Origin: an uncultured Desulfovibrionaceae bacterium
Lineage (GTDB): Bacteria; Desulfobacterota; Desulfovibrionia; Desulfovibrionales; Desulfovibrionaceae
Reading direction: 5' to 3'
Assembly (NCBI GenBank): GCA_964372165.1
Contig: CAYJPT010000001.1
Span: 1,106 to 65,105 of the forward strand
Length of the DNA stretch: 64,000 nucleotides
Shown: positions 16,901 to 27,081 of the stretch, piece by piece
How the letters are laid out: every line of letters starts with the position of its first letter
Position numbering within the stretch: position 1 is the first letter of the stretch
Translations under genes and position numbers: made by a program
The notes under the pieces: generated by a model
Database searches by the model: none
Told to the model about the DNA's origin: nothing
What the model saw: the letters and a program-made list of their open reading frames with translations, nothing else

Positions 16901-18404
16901 ACCCAAAAAATTGCGTCAGCTCTTCAACCAAGGCCGGAATAGTAAACTCTTTGGGTTGAATGTGGCAATCCAAACCATGTTTTTGTAATGTTTTAGCTGT
17001 GATTGGTCCTATGGCTGCTAATTTTACATTAGGATATTGCGCTAAAGTTTCTTTGGGAACTAAAGATAAAAAATTATCTACAGTAGAAGATGAACCAAAG
17101 GTGATACAATGAATACGACCATTTGCAAGGTCTTCTAGCACTTCTTCCTTGCGGTTGGCTGCAGGCTTTGTTTCATAAATTGGCAAAACATTTACCATTG
17201 CACCAGCTTCACGCAAAGCTTCTGGTAGGACTTCGCGTGCCTCCTTGGCTCGTGGTAATAAGATATTTTGTCCTTTCATACCAAGTGCCAACATGCCTTC
17301 AACTACACCCTCTGCAACATATTGTGCCGGAACAAAATCAGCTTCAATGCCAAAGCTGCGCAAAATTTGCGCCGTTGCCGGGCCAATGGCCGCAACCTTT
17401 ATGCCATGCAAGCAGCGGCTATCAAGACCATGTATTTCAAGCCTTTTCCAAAAATGTTTCACTCCATTAACTGACGTAAACACAAGCCATTGGTAAGTGT
17501 TAAGCTTTTTTATTTGCTCATCAACTTCGGCATAGTCTGCCATAGGATGTATTTCAATAGTTGGGAATTGAATAACATGCGCGCCAAGCTCTGCAAGGTC
17601 AGCGGCAATGGTGCTTGCTTGCTCCCTTGCCCGTGTTACAACAATACCCTTACCAAGCAATGGTTTTTGCTCAAACCAATTAAGTTTATCACGCAATGTA
17701 ACAACATTACCCACTACAATAATTGAGGGATTGGTAAAGCCTTGTTTTGCTCCCTCTTGAGGCAATGCTGCAATGGTTGCAACAAGAGAACGGTGATGCG
17801 CAGTCGTACCCCAATGTACAAGGGCAGCAGGTGTATCAGGATTTAGCCCAGCATTAATCAAATTTTTTGAAATATCAGGTAGATTTTTCATACCCATAAC
17901 AAACACAAGGGTGGATGCCGATTTTGCAAGGGCTTCCCAATTATGTACAGAGCCGGGCTTATCTGGATTTTCATGTCCGGTAATAAGTGTAACTGACGAT
18001 GCAAAAGCACGATGTGTTAAAGGTATGCCTGCATAGGCTGGCCCTGCAATGGTACTTGAAATACCTGGTACTTCTTCAAAGGGCACTTGTGCAGCCAAAA
18101 GCTCTTCAGCTTCTTCTCCACCCCTACCAAAAATATAAGGATCGCCACCCTTTAACCTTGCAACAACTTTACCTTCTTTAGCTTTTTCAATAATAAGCGC
18201 ATTAATTTGATCTTGCGGTAAAGCGTGGTTTGCAGCCCTTTTACCCACATAAATAAGCTCTGCTGTGGGTTTTGCGTAATTTAATAATGTTGTATTGGCT
18301 AGAGCATCATAAACTACAACGTCAGCCATTTCTAAAATATTTTTACCCTTTATGGTCAAAAGACCAGCATCACCAGGGCCTGCTCCGATAAGATATACTT
18401 TCAT
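16896..18404 (-). CDS. cobA: Uroporphyrinogen-III C-methyltransferase fused to uroporphyrinogen-III synthase
   Basis: N-terminal MKVYLIGAGPGD with GGDPYIFGRGGEE (SUMT motifs), followed by a HemD-like C-terminal half. 502 aa. Confidence 0.9.
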   Translation of the reverse strand: MKVYLIGAGPGDAGLLTIKGKNILEMADVVVYDALANTTLLNYAKPTAELIYVGKRAANHALPQDQINALIIEKAKEGKVVARLKGGDPYIFGRGGEEAEELLAAQVPFEEVPGISSTIAGPAYAGIPLTHRAFASSVTLITGHENPDKPGSVHNWEALAKSASTLVFVMGMKNLPDISKNLINAGLNPDTPAALVHWGTTAHHRSLVATIAALPQEGAKQGFTNPSIIVVGNVVTLRDKLNWFEQKPLLGKGIVVTRAREQASTIAADLAELGAHVIQFPTIEIHPMADYAEVDEQIKKLNTYQWLVFTSVNGVKHFWKRLEIHGLDSRCLHGIKVAAIGPATAQILRSFGIEADFVPAQYVAEGVVEGMLALGMKGQNILLPRAKEAREVLPEALREAGAMVNVLPIYETKPAANRKEEVLEDLANGRIHCITFGSSSTVDNFLSLVPKETLAQYPNVKLAAIGPITAKTLQKHGLDCHIQPKEFTIPALVEELTQFFGF

Positions 18405-19934
18405 TTAAATGCCACTCCGCATAAGTTCAACTAAGCTACGCACACCAAAGCCAACAGCCCCAACGGGACAAAGAGCCGACTTCTTAAAAGCCCAATCAGC
18501 TCCTGCAATATCCAAGTGCGCCCAACGTACATCTGCTTTAATAAAGTTTTTTAAGAATAATGCCGCGTTAATAGCTCCACCTTCACGTGTACCAAGGTGA
18601 CTAATATCAGCCACTTGGCTTTGAAGATTTTCTTCATAATTGACCCACAAAGGCAGTGGCCAATAATTATCACCGCATAGTGCACCTGCGTTACGTATTT
18701 CTTCACTTAATGCAACATCATCACAAAATAATCCAGCTATCTCATTGCCAAGGGCAATGGCACATGCGCCGGTTAGAGTTGCAATGTCTATAATAAATGC
18801 TGGATTCCACTTTTCTTGCGCGTAACTTAAAGCATCACATAACACCAAGCGTCCCTCAGCATCGGTATTTAATATTTCGACAGTTTTACCTGAGTGAGAT
18901 TTAACAACGTCACCAGGGCGCATAGCTTTACCACCGGGCATATTTTCTGCACAAGCTAATATACCTATAATACGCCTTGGAATTTCTTCTTGCCCTGCCA
19001 CCTCAAGAGCACCAACTATGGCCGCAGCTCCGGACATATCACTTTTCATAGTGTGCATGTTACTTGCAGGTTTAATACTTATACCACCGGAATCAAATGT
19101 TAAACCCTTACCTACAAAGATTATGGGGTCATCATTTTCATGCCCTTTAGGTGCATGTTCTACAATGGCCAAATATGGTGGATTTTTAGATCCATTGCCC
19201 ACAGCTAAAATGGCATTACAACCTATTTTTTCAAGCTCTTGCACATCTAAAACTGTATAATGCATGCCATGCTTTTTAGCTACATCTTGGGCAGCTTTAG
19301 CCAAAGCCTCCGGAGTCATAATATTTGGTGGATAATTTGAAAGATCACGAGCAAGACAAACGCCACTTGCTGTGCGCTCACCACGCCTTGCTGCGGCATG
19401 CTCTGCATCTGGTACTGAACTTTCTGCAAAACCAAGAGCAAGCCATAAAGGATCTGCTTTATGGTCCGGTTTTGGTTCACGTAAAGCCATAAAGCGATAA
19501 AGACCTAAAAATGCAGCACAAACACCTTCTTCTATCAAGCGTGTCACTTGCATAGGCAATGTATTTAACGCTGGCACAGGTAGTAAGATGGACTCAACTC
19601 CCAAGCTACGGCAACGTGCAACAGCATCCGCCATAGCAGAGCGGAATGTCGCAAGCGAAAAGGCATCACGCTCACCAAGACCCACTGCTAATACTCGTGG
19701 GATAGATTGTTCTGGATGACCATAAAACACACCAATTTGCCCTTTGTCCCCTGTAAAGTCTTTTAGACCAGGTGCAATGGTAAACCAAGGTGTTGCCTCA
19801 CCCACCTCAGCGCATAAAGTTGAGGGGTCTTCACCTTTACAAGCAAAGGTGAGCATAATTTGCCCTTTCCATGTATTTGGGCCATTGGCTTGAAAACGTA
19901 TATCCACAATAAAGCTCCTTGCAAATTTGCTCAT
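18405..19934 (-). CDS. pepA: Leucyl aminopeptidase (M17)
   Basis: M17 signature NTDAEGRLVLCDAL, and VGKGLTFDSGG. Confidence 0.9.
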   Translation of the reverse strand: MSKFARSFIVDIRFQANGPNTWKGQIMLTFACKGEDPSTLCAEVGEATPWFTIAPGLKDFTGDKGQIGVFYGHPEQSIPRVLAVGLGERDAFSLATFRSAMADAVARCRSLGVESILLPVPALNTLPMQVTRLIEEGVCAAFLGLYRFMALREPKPDHKADPLWLALGFAESSVPDAEHAAARRGERTASGVCLARDLSNYPPNIMTPEALAKAAQDVAKKHGMHYTVLDVQELEKIGCNAILAVGNGSKNPPYLAIVEHAPKGHENDDPIIFVGKGLTFDSGGISIKPASNMHTMKSDMSGAAAIVGALEVAGQEEIPRRIIGILACAENMPGGKAMRPGDVVKSHSGKTVEILNTDAEGRLVLCDALSYAQEKWNPAFIIDIATLTGACAIALGNEIAGLFCDDVALSEEIRNAGALCGDNYWPLPLWVNYEENLQSQVADISHLGTREGGAINAALFLKNFIKADVRWAHLDIAGADWAFKKSALCPVGAVGFGVRSLVELMRSGI

Positions 19935-20145
19935 AATAATTCATGTTAGTACATGTTTCACTATATGCTTTCTTGATGCTTTTGCCAAGAGCAGACTGTG
20001 ACTCAATCTATTATACTTAGTTTCTAGTGCCTTAGTATAATATAATAAATGCACATACTATAAATATTGAGCGAAATTAAGACAAAACACTTTTGATAGA
20101 GCTTTTAATACACAGCGAAAATAGTATTTTTTAAGAGAGTAATTC

Positions 20146-21354
20146 ATGCTACTATACATACATGTACCTTTTTGCCGCACTAAATGTACCTATTGCGCCT
20201 TTCATTCGGTGGGAGTTGGTAAAGGTGTTAATATTCTTGATTATGAGCCATTTCTCCATTATATTGATACATTATTTTTAGAGCTTGCGGTATGGGGCGA
20301 TCGCTATAATGGCATGCCTATAGAATCAATTTTCTTTGGAGGAGGTACTCCTAGTCTTTTACCGGCACGTGTTGTTAAACTTATGCTTGAACGAATTCAT
20401 AAATGTTTTACAGTTGCAGATGATATTGAAATAACATTAGAAGCTAATCCAGAATCTTTACGCTCAAAGCAACAGATACGTGGTTTTTTAAAGGCTGGAG
20501 TCAACCGCCTTTCCATTGGTTTACAAAGTCTTGATGATGTTTATTTGCGTCAACTTGGACGTTCTCATCGTGTAAAAGACAGTCTTTATGCAGTCATGCA
20601 AGCCCGTGATATGGGTTTTGCTAATATTAATGTGGATTTAATGTGGGGTCTACCATCGCAAGGTGTACGCCATTGGTTAAATACTTTGCGCGAAGTCACA
20701 CGCATGAAACCTAATCATATTTCTGCCTATGGCCTTACACTTGAAAATGGTACAGACTTAGAGCGTGACTTTGCAGAAGGAAAAATCAACTTGCCGCCTG
20801 AGCGTGACCAATCAGTTATGTTTATCGAGGGAGCGGCAATTTTAGAAGAACAAGGCTATTTACACTATGAAATATCTAACTTTGCACGCATGGGCTTCCA
20901 ATGTAAGCATAACTTGGGATATTGGGAAGGCAATGACTATTTGGGTCTAGGTCCTTCGGCTACATCTACCATTCAAGGCAGACGCTGGACTAACCCTTTA
21001 AGTCAAAAAGTATGGGCTGCCAAAGTTGCAGATAACAGCCTTGACGCAGAAGCACAAAATTTAAATTCTACAGAACGTGTACTTGAGCTAATCATGCTGC
21101 GCTTGCGTACATCACGTGGACTACGTGTTAAAGCCTATAAAGCATTAACCGGACGTGATTTTATGGGTGACCATAAAAAACTTATTCAGGCTCTTCATGA
21201 AAATGGTCTTATCCGTATTCGCGATGGTTATTTACGCCTAACACGAAGCGGTATGTTAGTCTCCAACAGTATTTTATCAAATATTTTTTCGCAAACTGAG
21301 GCAACTCTTAATGCCCCACCTCCAACAAAGCCGGAAAAAAAGAAGATTAAATAA
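20146..21354 (+). CDS. hemW: Radical SAM HemW/HemN-family protein (heme chaperone / oxygen-independent coproporphyrinogen oxidase-like)
   Basis: YIHVPFCRTKCTYCAF CxxxCxxC radical SAM motif, GGGTPS, 402 aa. Confidence 0.85.
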   Translation: MLLYIHVPFCRTKCTYCAFHSVGVGKGVNILDYEPFLHYIDTLFLELAVWGDRYNGMPIESIFFGGGTPSLLPARVVKLMLERIHKCFTVADDIEITLEANPESLRSKQQIRGFLKAGVNRLSIGLQSLDDVYLRQLGRSHRVKDSLYAVMQARDMGFANINVDLMWGLPSQGVRHWLNTLREVTRMKPNHISAYGLTLENGTDLERDFAEGKINLPPERDQSVMFIEGAAILEEQGYLHYEISNFARMGFQCKHNLGYWEGNDYLGLGPSATSTIQGRRWTNPLSQKVWAAKVADNSLDAEAQNLNSTERVLELIMLRLRTSRGLRVKAYKALTGRDFMGDHKKLIQALHENGLIRIRDGYLRLTRSGMLVSNSILSNIFSQTEATLNAPPPTKPEKKKIK

Positions 21355-21420
21355 TCAGACACAGGAAAAACAATACAGCATGCTGAAAATAAACTACTTT
21401 TTATCTAAAACATACAAAAA

Positions 21421-21463
21421 AATTTCCAGAAATAAACACATGGAATGCACTTTTCTGGAAATT
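21421..21463. terminator. Bidirectional terminator hairpin between hemW and flgE
   Basis: AATTTCCAGAAA-loop-TTTCTGGAAATT has a 12-bp perfect stem and sits in a convergent intergenic region. Confidence 0.55.
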
Positions 21464-21530
21464 TTATAATGCAGATAACGACTAAAAAACTTTAAGACAT
21501 CAAAATTAAATGTGTAAATATCAACTATGA

Positions 21531-23012
21531 CTATTGCCGCTTAATTTCCATAGCTTTTTTTAGCATCTCATCTGCCGTTGTCACAACCTTACTATTACTT
21601 TGAAAACCACGTTGAGTAACAATCATATTAACCATTTCTTTTGCCATATCCACATTGGACATTTCTAAAGTACCGGCTTGAATTGAACCGTAGTTTTCTG
21701 TACCGGCCACTCCAAGGTCCATAGCACCAGCCGCCGGCGTTGAAGAAAATAAGTTTCCACCTTCGCGATGCAAACCATCTTCACTGGTAAATCTGGCAAT
21801 AGGTATTTCAAAAAGATCTGCATCTTGACCATTGGTATATCGACCAACAATGCGGCCATTTTCAGTTATATCAAGCTGGGTTAATTGCCCTTCACCATAC
21901 CCATCTTGCTCACCTAAGTATTGTGAATTTGAACCACTAAAGGCAGTTGAAGCATCTGCACTCACCGTAGCATTAGCACCCATACTTGATAAAAGAGCCT
22001 TATCTGTGCCAACAGCTGCCGCAGTTGCAGGAGCATTTGTCCATGCCTCAGCACCGGAAATACCCATATTAATACCAATTGATTGTTCATTAAAGGTAAA
22101 TTGTGGCACTCCATTTACCAGCGTTGCAGGTACCCAAGTATTTAAATCTTGTGTATTTGCAGCATCTGTTGGAGTAAAAGCTGACATATCTATAAGTTCG
22201 CCCTGTGAGTCAAATGTTAATGTGCCCGTCATCAAAGCCTGTGAACTTGCATCATCTGTAGTGGCATTTGAGGCTATTAAAAATTCTATCACTTGTTCAG
22301 GTGGGTCTGATGGTGTGCCATCAAAATATATGGTTAAGTCTTCTTTTTCACCAGCAGCATTATATATTTGCAAAGTCTGCGAATACCCAGGATTACCTAT
22401 GGGTACTGTAGCAGTTGGATCATAATTTTGAGCTAAGCTAAAAAAAGAATCTGTTGCACTTTCTGTTGAATCAGGCACATTACCAAGGTTAAAGCCTAAA
22501 TCCATTTGCGTAGTACCACTACCTGCCAATGTATCAAACTTATTAAGTTGTATAGGGACAAGTGATGTTAAAACGCCTGTTTCATCAATGGGATGCCCAT
22601 TTAGTACTTGTCCTCCCGGTAAGGATAAAAAGCCTGATTCATCAAAGCGAAAATTGCCTGCACGTGAGTATAATGTTTCACCCTCAAGCCCCGTTACTTG
22701 AAAAAACCCCTTACCTGCAATGGCTAGGTCTGTAAGTTCATTACTACTTTCAAAAGCACCTTGATTAAAAGATGTTCTAATAGCATCAACTTGCACACCA
22801 GAGCCAACTTGCCCTAAGGCTACAATGGAGTCATCGGTTGTGTTCCATGAGTCACCTAAGTTACCCTGACTATTATACATAAGATCAGAGAAGGTTATTA
22901 CTTGCTCTTTAAAACCTACAGTGCTTACATTAGCAATATTATTACTAACAACATTCATGCCTTCACTAAGGCTTTTCATGCCGGTTGCACCTACATATAG
23001 GGCACTGTTCAT
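21531..23012 (-). CDS. flgE: Flagellar hook protein FlgE
   Basis: N-terminal ALYVGATGMKSLSEGMNVVSNNIANVSTVGFK and C-terminal MSNVDMAKEMVNMIVTQRGFQSNSKVVTTADEMLK flagellar axial-protein motifs. Confidence 0.9.
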   Translation of the reverse strand: MNSALYVGATGMKSLSEGMNVVSNNIANVSTVGFKEQVITFSDLMYNSQGNLGDSWNTTDDSIVALGQVGSGVQVDAIRTSFNQGAFESSNELTDLAIAGKGFFQVTGLEGETLYSRAGNFRFDESGFLSLPGGQVLNGHPIDETGVLTSLVPIQLNKFDTLAGSGTTQMDLGFNLGNVPDSTESATDSFFSLAQNYDPTATVPIGNPGYSQTLQIYNAAGEKEDLTIYFDGTPSDPPEQVIEFLIASNATTDDASSQALMTGTLTFDSQGELIDMSAFTPTDAANTQDLNTWVPATLVNGVPQFTFNEQSIGINMGISGAEAWTNAPATAAAVGTDKALLSSMGANATVSADASTAFSGSNSQYLGEQDGYGEGQLTQLDITENGRIVGRYTNGQDADLFEIPIARFTSEDGLHREGGNLFSSTPAAGAMDLGVAGTENYGSIQAGTLEMSNVDMAKEMVNMIVTQRGFQSNSKVVTTADEMLKKAMEIKRQ

Positions 23013-23246
23013 AATAACTCCTTTGCAAATACTCTATTAAAACGACGTTGTGCATTTTTTTCCGCGCTGTATATTAGCGATGTGAAGAAAAAAATTACAA
23101 TCAAAACACTTAATACAAAGCAAAAATATTAAAAATTAACTAACAAACACTGTTTGTTATGCTTTTAATTTATGATAAGTTTTGCCATACACTTACCACG
23201 TCAAAACGGAAAATTTTTCCGCATAATAGGTCTGCATAAGATTAAA

Positions 23247-23262
23247 AGCATTTTTCATGCCA
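23247..23262 (-). promoter_or_regulatory. Candidate sigma-54 (-24/-12) promoter upstream of flgE
   Basis: The minus strand reads TGGCATGAAAAATGCT, against the consensus TGGCACG-N4-TTGCW. GG and GC have the correct spacing. It lies about 235 nt upstream of the flgE start. Confidence 0.5.
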
Positions 23263-23432
23263 TTGCATTGTTTTCGGACCAGTAGTCGCGTTACAAGTAA
23301 TTAAAGCAGTGCATGTTTTAGCAATATTTATTATAAATTAATTACTTAAGTCACCTTGCACTATTGTGCATATTTGTATACAATTTGACAGAGTATTTAT
23401 TTTTAATTTTTTACCAAAGTGAAGGATTTGAT

Positions 23433-24425
23433 ATGAAACGTATTCTCTTTTTATGTGGACTTTGTGTTGCAAGCTTAGTGTTCCTGTCAGCCCCAATCTC
23501 GCATGCCGCTGAAGCAAACACTCCGGATCATTTACGCTTTATGGCGGGACCTCCCGGTGGGAACTGGTTTGCCCTAGGTACAGCCCTTTCTGAAATGTGG
23601 TCTAAAAATGTAGTACAAACTACCAATAGCACCGGCGGTGGCGTATCAAACATCATTAATGCAAATAGTCGTAAAGGTGATCTTGGATTTACAGTCACCT
23701 CTTTTATTGGTGCAGCCGTTGCAGGTGAAGAAGATTTTAAAGGTAAAAAAATTGATAACGCTGTTGTATTTGCCAACTTATATACGCAAGTAACCTATTT
23801 TATTATGCGCGAAGACTTTGCTCAAAAGCACGGCATTACAACCGTTGGCGAACTATTAACAAAAAAAGTACCAGTACGCTTTGCTACTTTAAAACCCGGT
23901 ACTGCATCAGAATTTTTAGTAAAGGTACTTTTCTCCAAAGGGTATGATACTAATTACACAAAACTTAAAGGCAATAATGGCTGGTCAGTGCAATATGCAT
24001 CTTATGAAGGCGGTGCAGACTTGATTGCTGATAACCATCTTGACGTATTTGCATTTTCTGTAGGACAAGTAGCATCCATCGTAATGAACATTGAAAGCCG
24101 CGTGCCTGTGCGTATTTTAGGTGTGGAAACAAAAGCCTTAGACGCTGTAAGCAAAGCCTATGGTACAAGCGCACACACAATTGAGCCTGGTATTTACAAA
24201 AGTGTAACCAAGCCTGTTGTAACTGTTGGTGACTACACAAGTATAGTTATACGCAAGGACCTACCGGAAGAATTTGTTTACAAGCTAAGCAAAGCCATGT
24301 GGGAAAATAAGCAAAACCTAACCAATGCTGTTAAAGATGTACAAGAACTATCACCAGCAACAGCTCTACCAAAGGGTGTGCCTGCACATCCCGGCGCAGT
24401 AAAGTTTTGGAATAGCGTAAAATAA
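23433..24425 (+). CDS. TAXI-family TRAP transporter solute-binding protein
   Basis: Signal peptide MKRILFLCGLCVASLVFLSAPISHA, GGNWFALG and a C-terminal HPGAVKFW motif typical of TAXI receptors. Trimmed to the ATG at 23433 behind GAAGGA. Confidence 0.85.
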   Translation: MKRILFLCGLCVASLVFLSAPISHAAEANTPDHLRFMAGPPGGNWFALGTALSEMWSKNVVQTTNSTGGGVSNIINANSRKGDLGFTVTSFIGAAVAGEEDFKGKKIDNAVVFANLYTQVTYFIMREDFAQKHGITTVGELLTKKVPVRFATLKPGTASEFLVKVLFSKGYDTNYTKLKGNNGWSVQYASYEGGADLIADNHLDVFAFSVGQVASIVMNIESRVPVRILGVETKALDAVSKAYGTSAHTIEPGIYKSVTKPVVTVGDYTSIVIRKDLPEEFVYKLSKAMWENKQNLTNAVKDVQELSPATALPKGVPAHPGAVKFWNSVK

Positions 24426-24595
24426 ATACCGCAATACATAATATAAAGGCATGCAATTTAAGCATTAGTGAACATTGTAAACCTTTATAAATGCAAAGAA
24501 CAACGGCGTAAATTACTTGCACCGTTATATGTATTCAATCACTAGCTGTGTGGGCCATGCCCACACAGCATCACACAATAAAAAGTAGGTTTATA

Positions 24596-26461
24596 ATGAG
24601 AGCACTGATAGGCTGGCAACAAAAATTGCTCTACGTGTATATTGTATGCATTGGCATATTCCATCTATATACTGCCTTTTATGGCAGTTTTGAAGCATAC
24701 TTACAGCGTACCATACACCTTATGCTTATCCTTCCTCTCACCTATTTTTTATTTCCTATCAACTCTAAAGCACCAAAAGACAACATACCTTGGTATGATT
24801 GGATATTGGGTTTTATAGCCGCTGTACCAGGTTTATATGGTGTGCTAAATTATGATGATATTGTTAACCGCATACAGCAGGTAGACCCTTTAACTGATGC
24901 ACAATTTTTTTGCGGTGCATTGCTTGTATTTATGCTACTTGAAGGCTCAAGGCGTGTTGTGGGTTTACCCCTTTCTATCATTGCAGCAATGTTTGCAGCC
25001 TATATGCATTTTGGCTACTCCTTACCAGGAATTTTACAAGGTTTATCCTTGTCCTACCCGGAAATAGTGGAGCAATTATACCTTACAGATGAAGGTATTT
25101 TTTCTATGCCACTAGGAGTTTCTGCTACATTTGTCATTGTATTTTTAATATTTGGTGGTTTTTTGGACAAAAGCGGAGCCGGAGATTACTTTATGGACAT
25201 GGCTCGCGCACTAATGGGGACAAAACCTGGAGGACCAGCACAAATTGCCGTTGTTAGTTCCTGTCTTTTTGGGTCCATTAGTGGCTCGGCAGTTGCTAAT
25301 GTATATGGAACTGGTTCATTTACCATACCTTTGATGAAACGTATTGGCTATACCCCAACTTTTGCAGGAGCAGTTGAAGCTGCAGCAAGTACCGGTGGGC
25401 AAATCATGCCACCTGTTATGGGTGCTGGTGCATTTCTCATGGCCTCATTTTTGGGTATACAGTTTAAAGAGATTATGGTTGGGGCTTTTTTACCAGCCCT
25501 TATGTATTATGGAGCCTTGCTACTTATGGTGCGCTTAACTGCTTTGCGTAATGGTATGCAAGGGCTTGATCCATCAGAATTACCAAAGCTTAAAGATGCA
25601 TTAAAACGTTTATACTTACTCTTTCCCATAGTAGGTGTTGTATATATGCTGCTTGACGGTGCATCACCCATGAAAGCTGGCATTGTTGGTATTGCTTTGT
25701 GTTGGCTTGTTTCCCTGCCTGACCCTAAACGTCGCATGGGACCCAAACAAATTATTGATGCCATTTATGAGGGAACAAAAGGTATTCCACTTGTATGTGT
25801 TGCCTGTGCTTCAGCAGGCATAGTACTTGGTGCAGTTGCCTTAACCGGCATTGGCGGAAAGTTAGTTGGATTTGTTATCGCCCTTGCAGGCAATGTACCC
25901 TTTATGGCTCTTGTTCTTATTATGCTTGTATCCTTAGTGCTTGGGATGGGTTTACCAACCACAGGAGCATATATTTTAGCCTCTGCCCTTGGTTCACCAG
26001 TGCTCATTAAACTTGGCTTTGAACCACTTGCCGCACATATGTTTGTATTTTATTATGCTATCATTTCAAACATAACACCACCCGTTGCCCTTGCTGCATA
26101 TGCCGCAAGCTCCGTTGCAGGCTCTCCACCTAATCGTACCGGATTCCAAGCTATGAAACTTGGCAGCATTGCCTTTTTAGTCCCATTTGCTTTTTGCTAT
26201 GATCCTGGCCTACTTATGCTTGGTGATTTGCAAACTAATTCTTTAGCAACATTAAGTGGAGTGATGAGCGTCTTGGCACTTGGCGCTTTTTGGGTAGGCT
26301 ATGCCTATGATAATCTAAACACCATACATCGTGTCATTCTAGCTTGTGGTGGCATTTTAGTGTTTACCCCACAACCAATATTCGTTTTTGTTGGGATGAC
26401 TGCCATATTAGGAGTATGGGTGTTATCTTGGCTACGAGCGCGTAAAAATTCGCACACTTAG
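24596..26461 (+). CDS. TRAP transporter fused permease (TAXI-type)
   Basis: About 620 aa, polytopic, immediately downstream of the TAXI receptor. The start is uncertain (GTG 24548, ATG 24557 or ATG 24596). Confidence 0.85.
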   Translation: MRALIGWQQKLLYVYIVCIGIFHLYTAFYGSFEAYLQRTIHLMLILPLTYFLFPINSKAPKDNIPWYDWILGFIAAVPGLYGVLNYDDIVNRIQQVDPLTDAQFFCGALLVFMLLEGSRRVVGLPLSIIAAMFAAYMHFGYSLPGILQGLSLSYPEIVEQLYLTDEGIFSMPLGVSATFVIVFLIFGGFLDKSGAGDYFMDMARALMGTKPGGPAQIAVVSSCLFGSISGSAVANVYGTGSFTIPLMKRIGYTPTFAGAVEAAASTGGQIMPPVMGAGAFLMASFLGIQFKEIMVGAFLPALMYYGALLLMVRLTALRNGMQGLDPSELPKLKDALKRLYLLFPIVGVVYMLLDGASPMKAGIVGIALCWLVSLPDPKRRMGPKQIIDAIYEGTKGIPLVCVACASAGIVLGAVALTGIGGKLVGFVIALAGNVPFMALVLIMLVSLVLGMGLPTTGAYILASALGSPVLIKLGFEPLAAHMFVFYYAIISNITPPVALAAYAASSVAGSPPNRTGFQAMKLGSIAFLVPFAFCYDPGLLMLGDLQTNSLATLSGVMSVLALGAFWVGYAYDNLNTIHRVILACGGILVFTPQPIFVFVGMTAILGVWVLSWLRARKNSHT

Positions 26462-26472
26462 TCATCTTGTAA

Positions 26473-26523
26473 AAATACCCCTTTGGGGACGTAAGAAGTA
26501 AATTCTGGCTTGTTTTACGGCAC
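26473..26523. repeat. Copy of the ACCCCTTTGG...TTCTGGC...TTTTACGGCAC repeat module
   Basis: AAATACCCCTTTGGGGACGTAAGAAGTAAATTCTGGCTTGTTTTACGGCAC aligns with 29698-29748 and, more distantly, with 8797-8856. Confidence 0.55.
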
Positions 26524-26563
26524 TTATGCTTTAATAATCTTAAAGAATTTTCTTTTTGCTTTA

Positions 26564-26611
26564 CTAAATTGTCAGAAAGTCGCATTAGATGCTTTGTTTC
26601 TGACAATTTAG
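26564..26611. terminator. 15-bp perfect-stem hairpin in a convergent intergenic region
   Basis: CTAAATTGTCAGAAA-18 nt-TTTCTGACAATTTAG. A half-copy (GCTTTGTTTCTGATAATTTA) occurs at about 16512-16531. Confidence 0.5.
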
Positions 26612-26668
26612 TATGCTTAATTTTATGTTACAATATTTTCTTATTTTTTAGCATCTACTCATTATTTT

Positions 26669-27070
26669 TCAGCGCCTCGTGCGCAGCCAATAGTAAGCAA
26701 GGGTAAGCCCACCGCCAAGTGCTGTAATACTTGCAACAGTGCCAACAATTAGCACTATCAACATCCAATCAGCCCTTAACTCATTTAGTGACAAGTCAAA
26801 TAGCAGCATACCAGTAACTACAACAGCATGCACCAATGTGGCTGGCCAAACGTGACCAGAAATTTTTACTCCTATAAAACCAAGAAGCAAGGCAAAAGTT
26901 ACACTAAAAATTAGTCGCAAAAGCAAAACCCTACGCACTAAGATAATAGTTTTTGTGCCTTCAAGGGCTACATCTGCATAGTAATTTAAAGCAGAATAAA
27001 AAATTAAGCAGAGCACAAAAAGAATGATAAATTCAGCGTAATTAATTCTATTAAGTATGTTTTGTATCAT
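26669..27070 (-). CDS. Small integral membrane protein, unknown function
   Basis: 133 aa with four hydrophobic segments. Co-directional and closely spaced with fcl. Confidence 0.5.
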   Translation of the reverse strand: MIQNILNRINYAEFIILFVLCLIFYSALNYYADVALEGTKTIILVRRVLLLRLIFSVTFALLLGFIGVKISGHVWPATLVHAVVVTGMLLFDLSLNELRADWMLIVLIVGTVASITALGGGLTLAYYWLRTRR

Positions 27071-27081
27071 GATGTTATTAA

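Noticed and set aside
16896-18404. CobA-HemD fusion as a novelty
   Set aside because: A fused uroporphyrinogen-III methyltransferase/synthase is a known arrangement in sulfate reducers that use the siroheme-dependent heme route, so it is not unusual.
26364-26606. 80-aa minus-strand ORF across the TRAP permease 3' end and the repeat region
   Set aside because: It overlaps the permease coding end and the repeat/hairpin sequences. It has no SD and no recognisable features.
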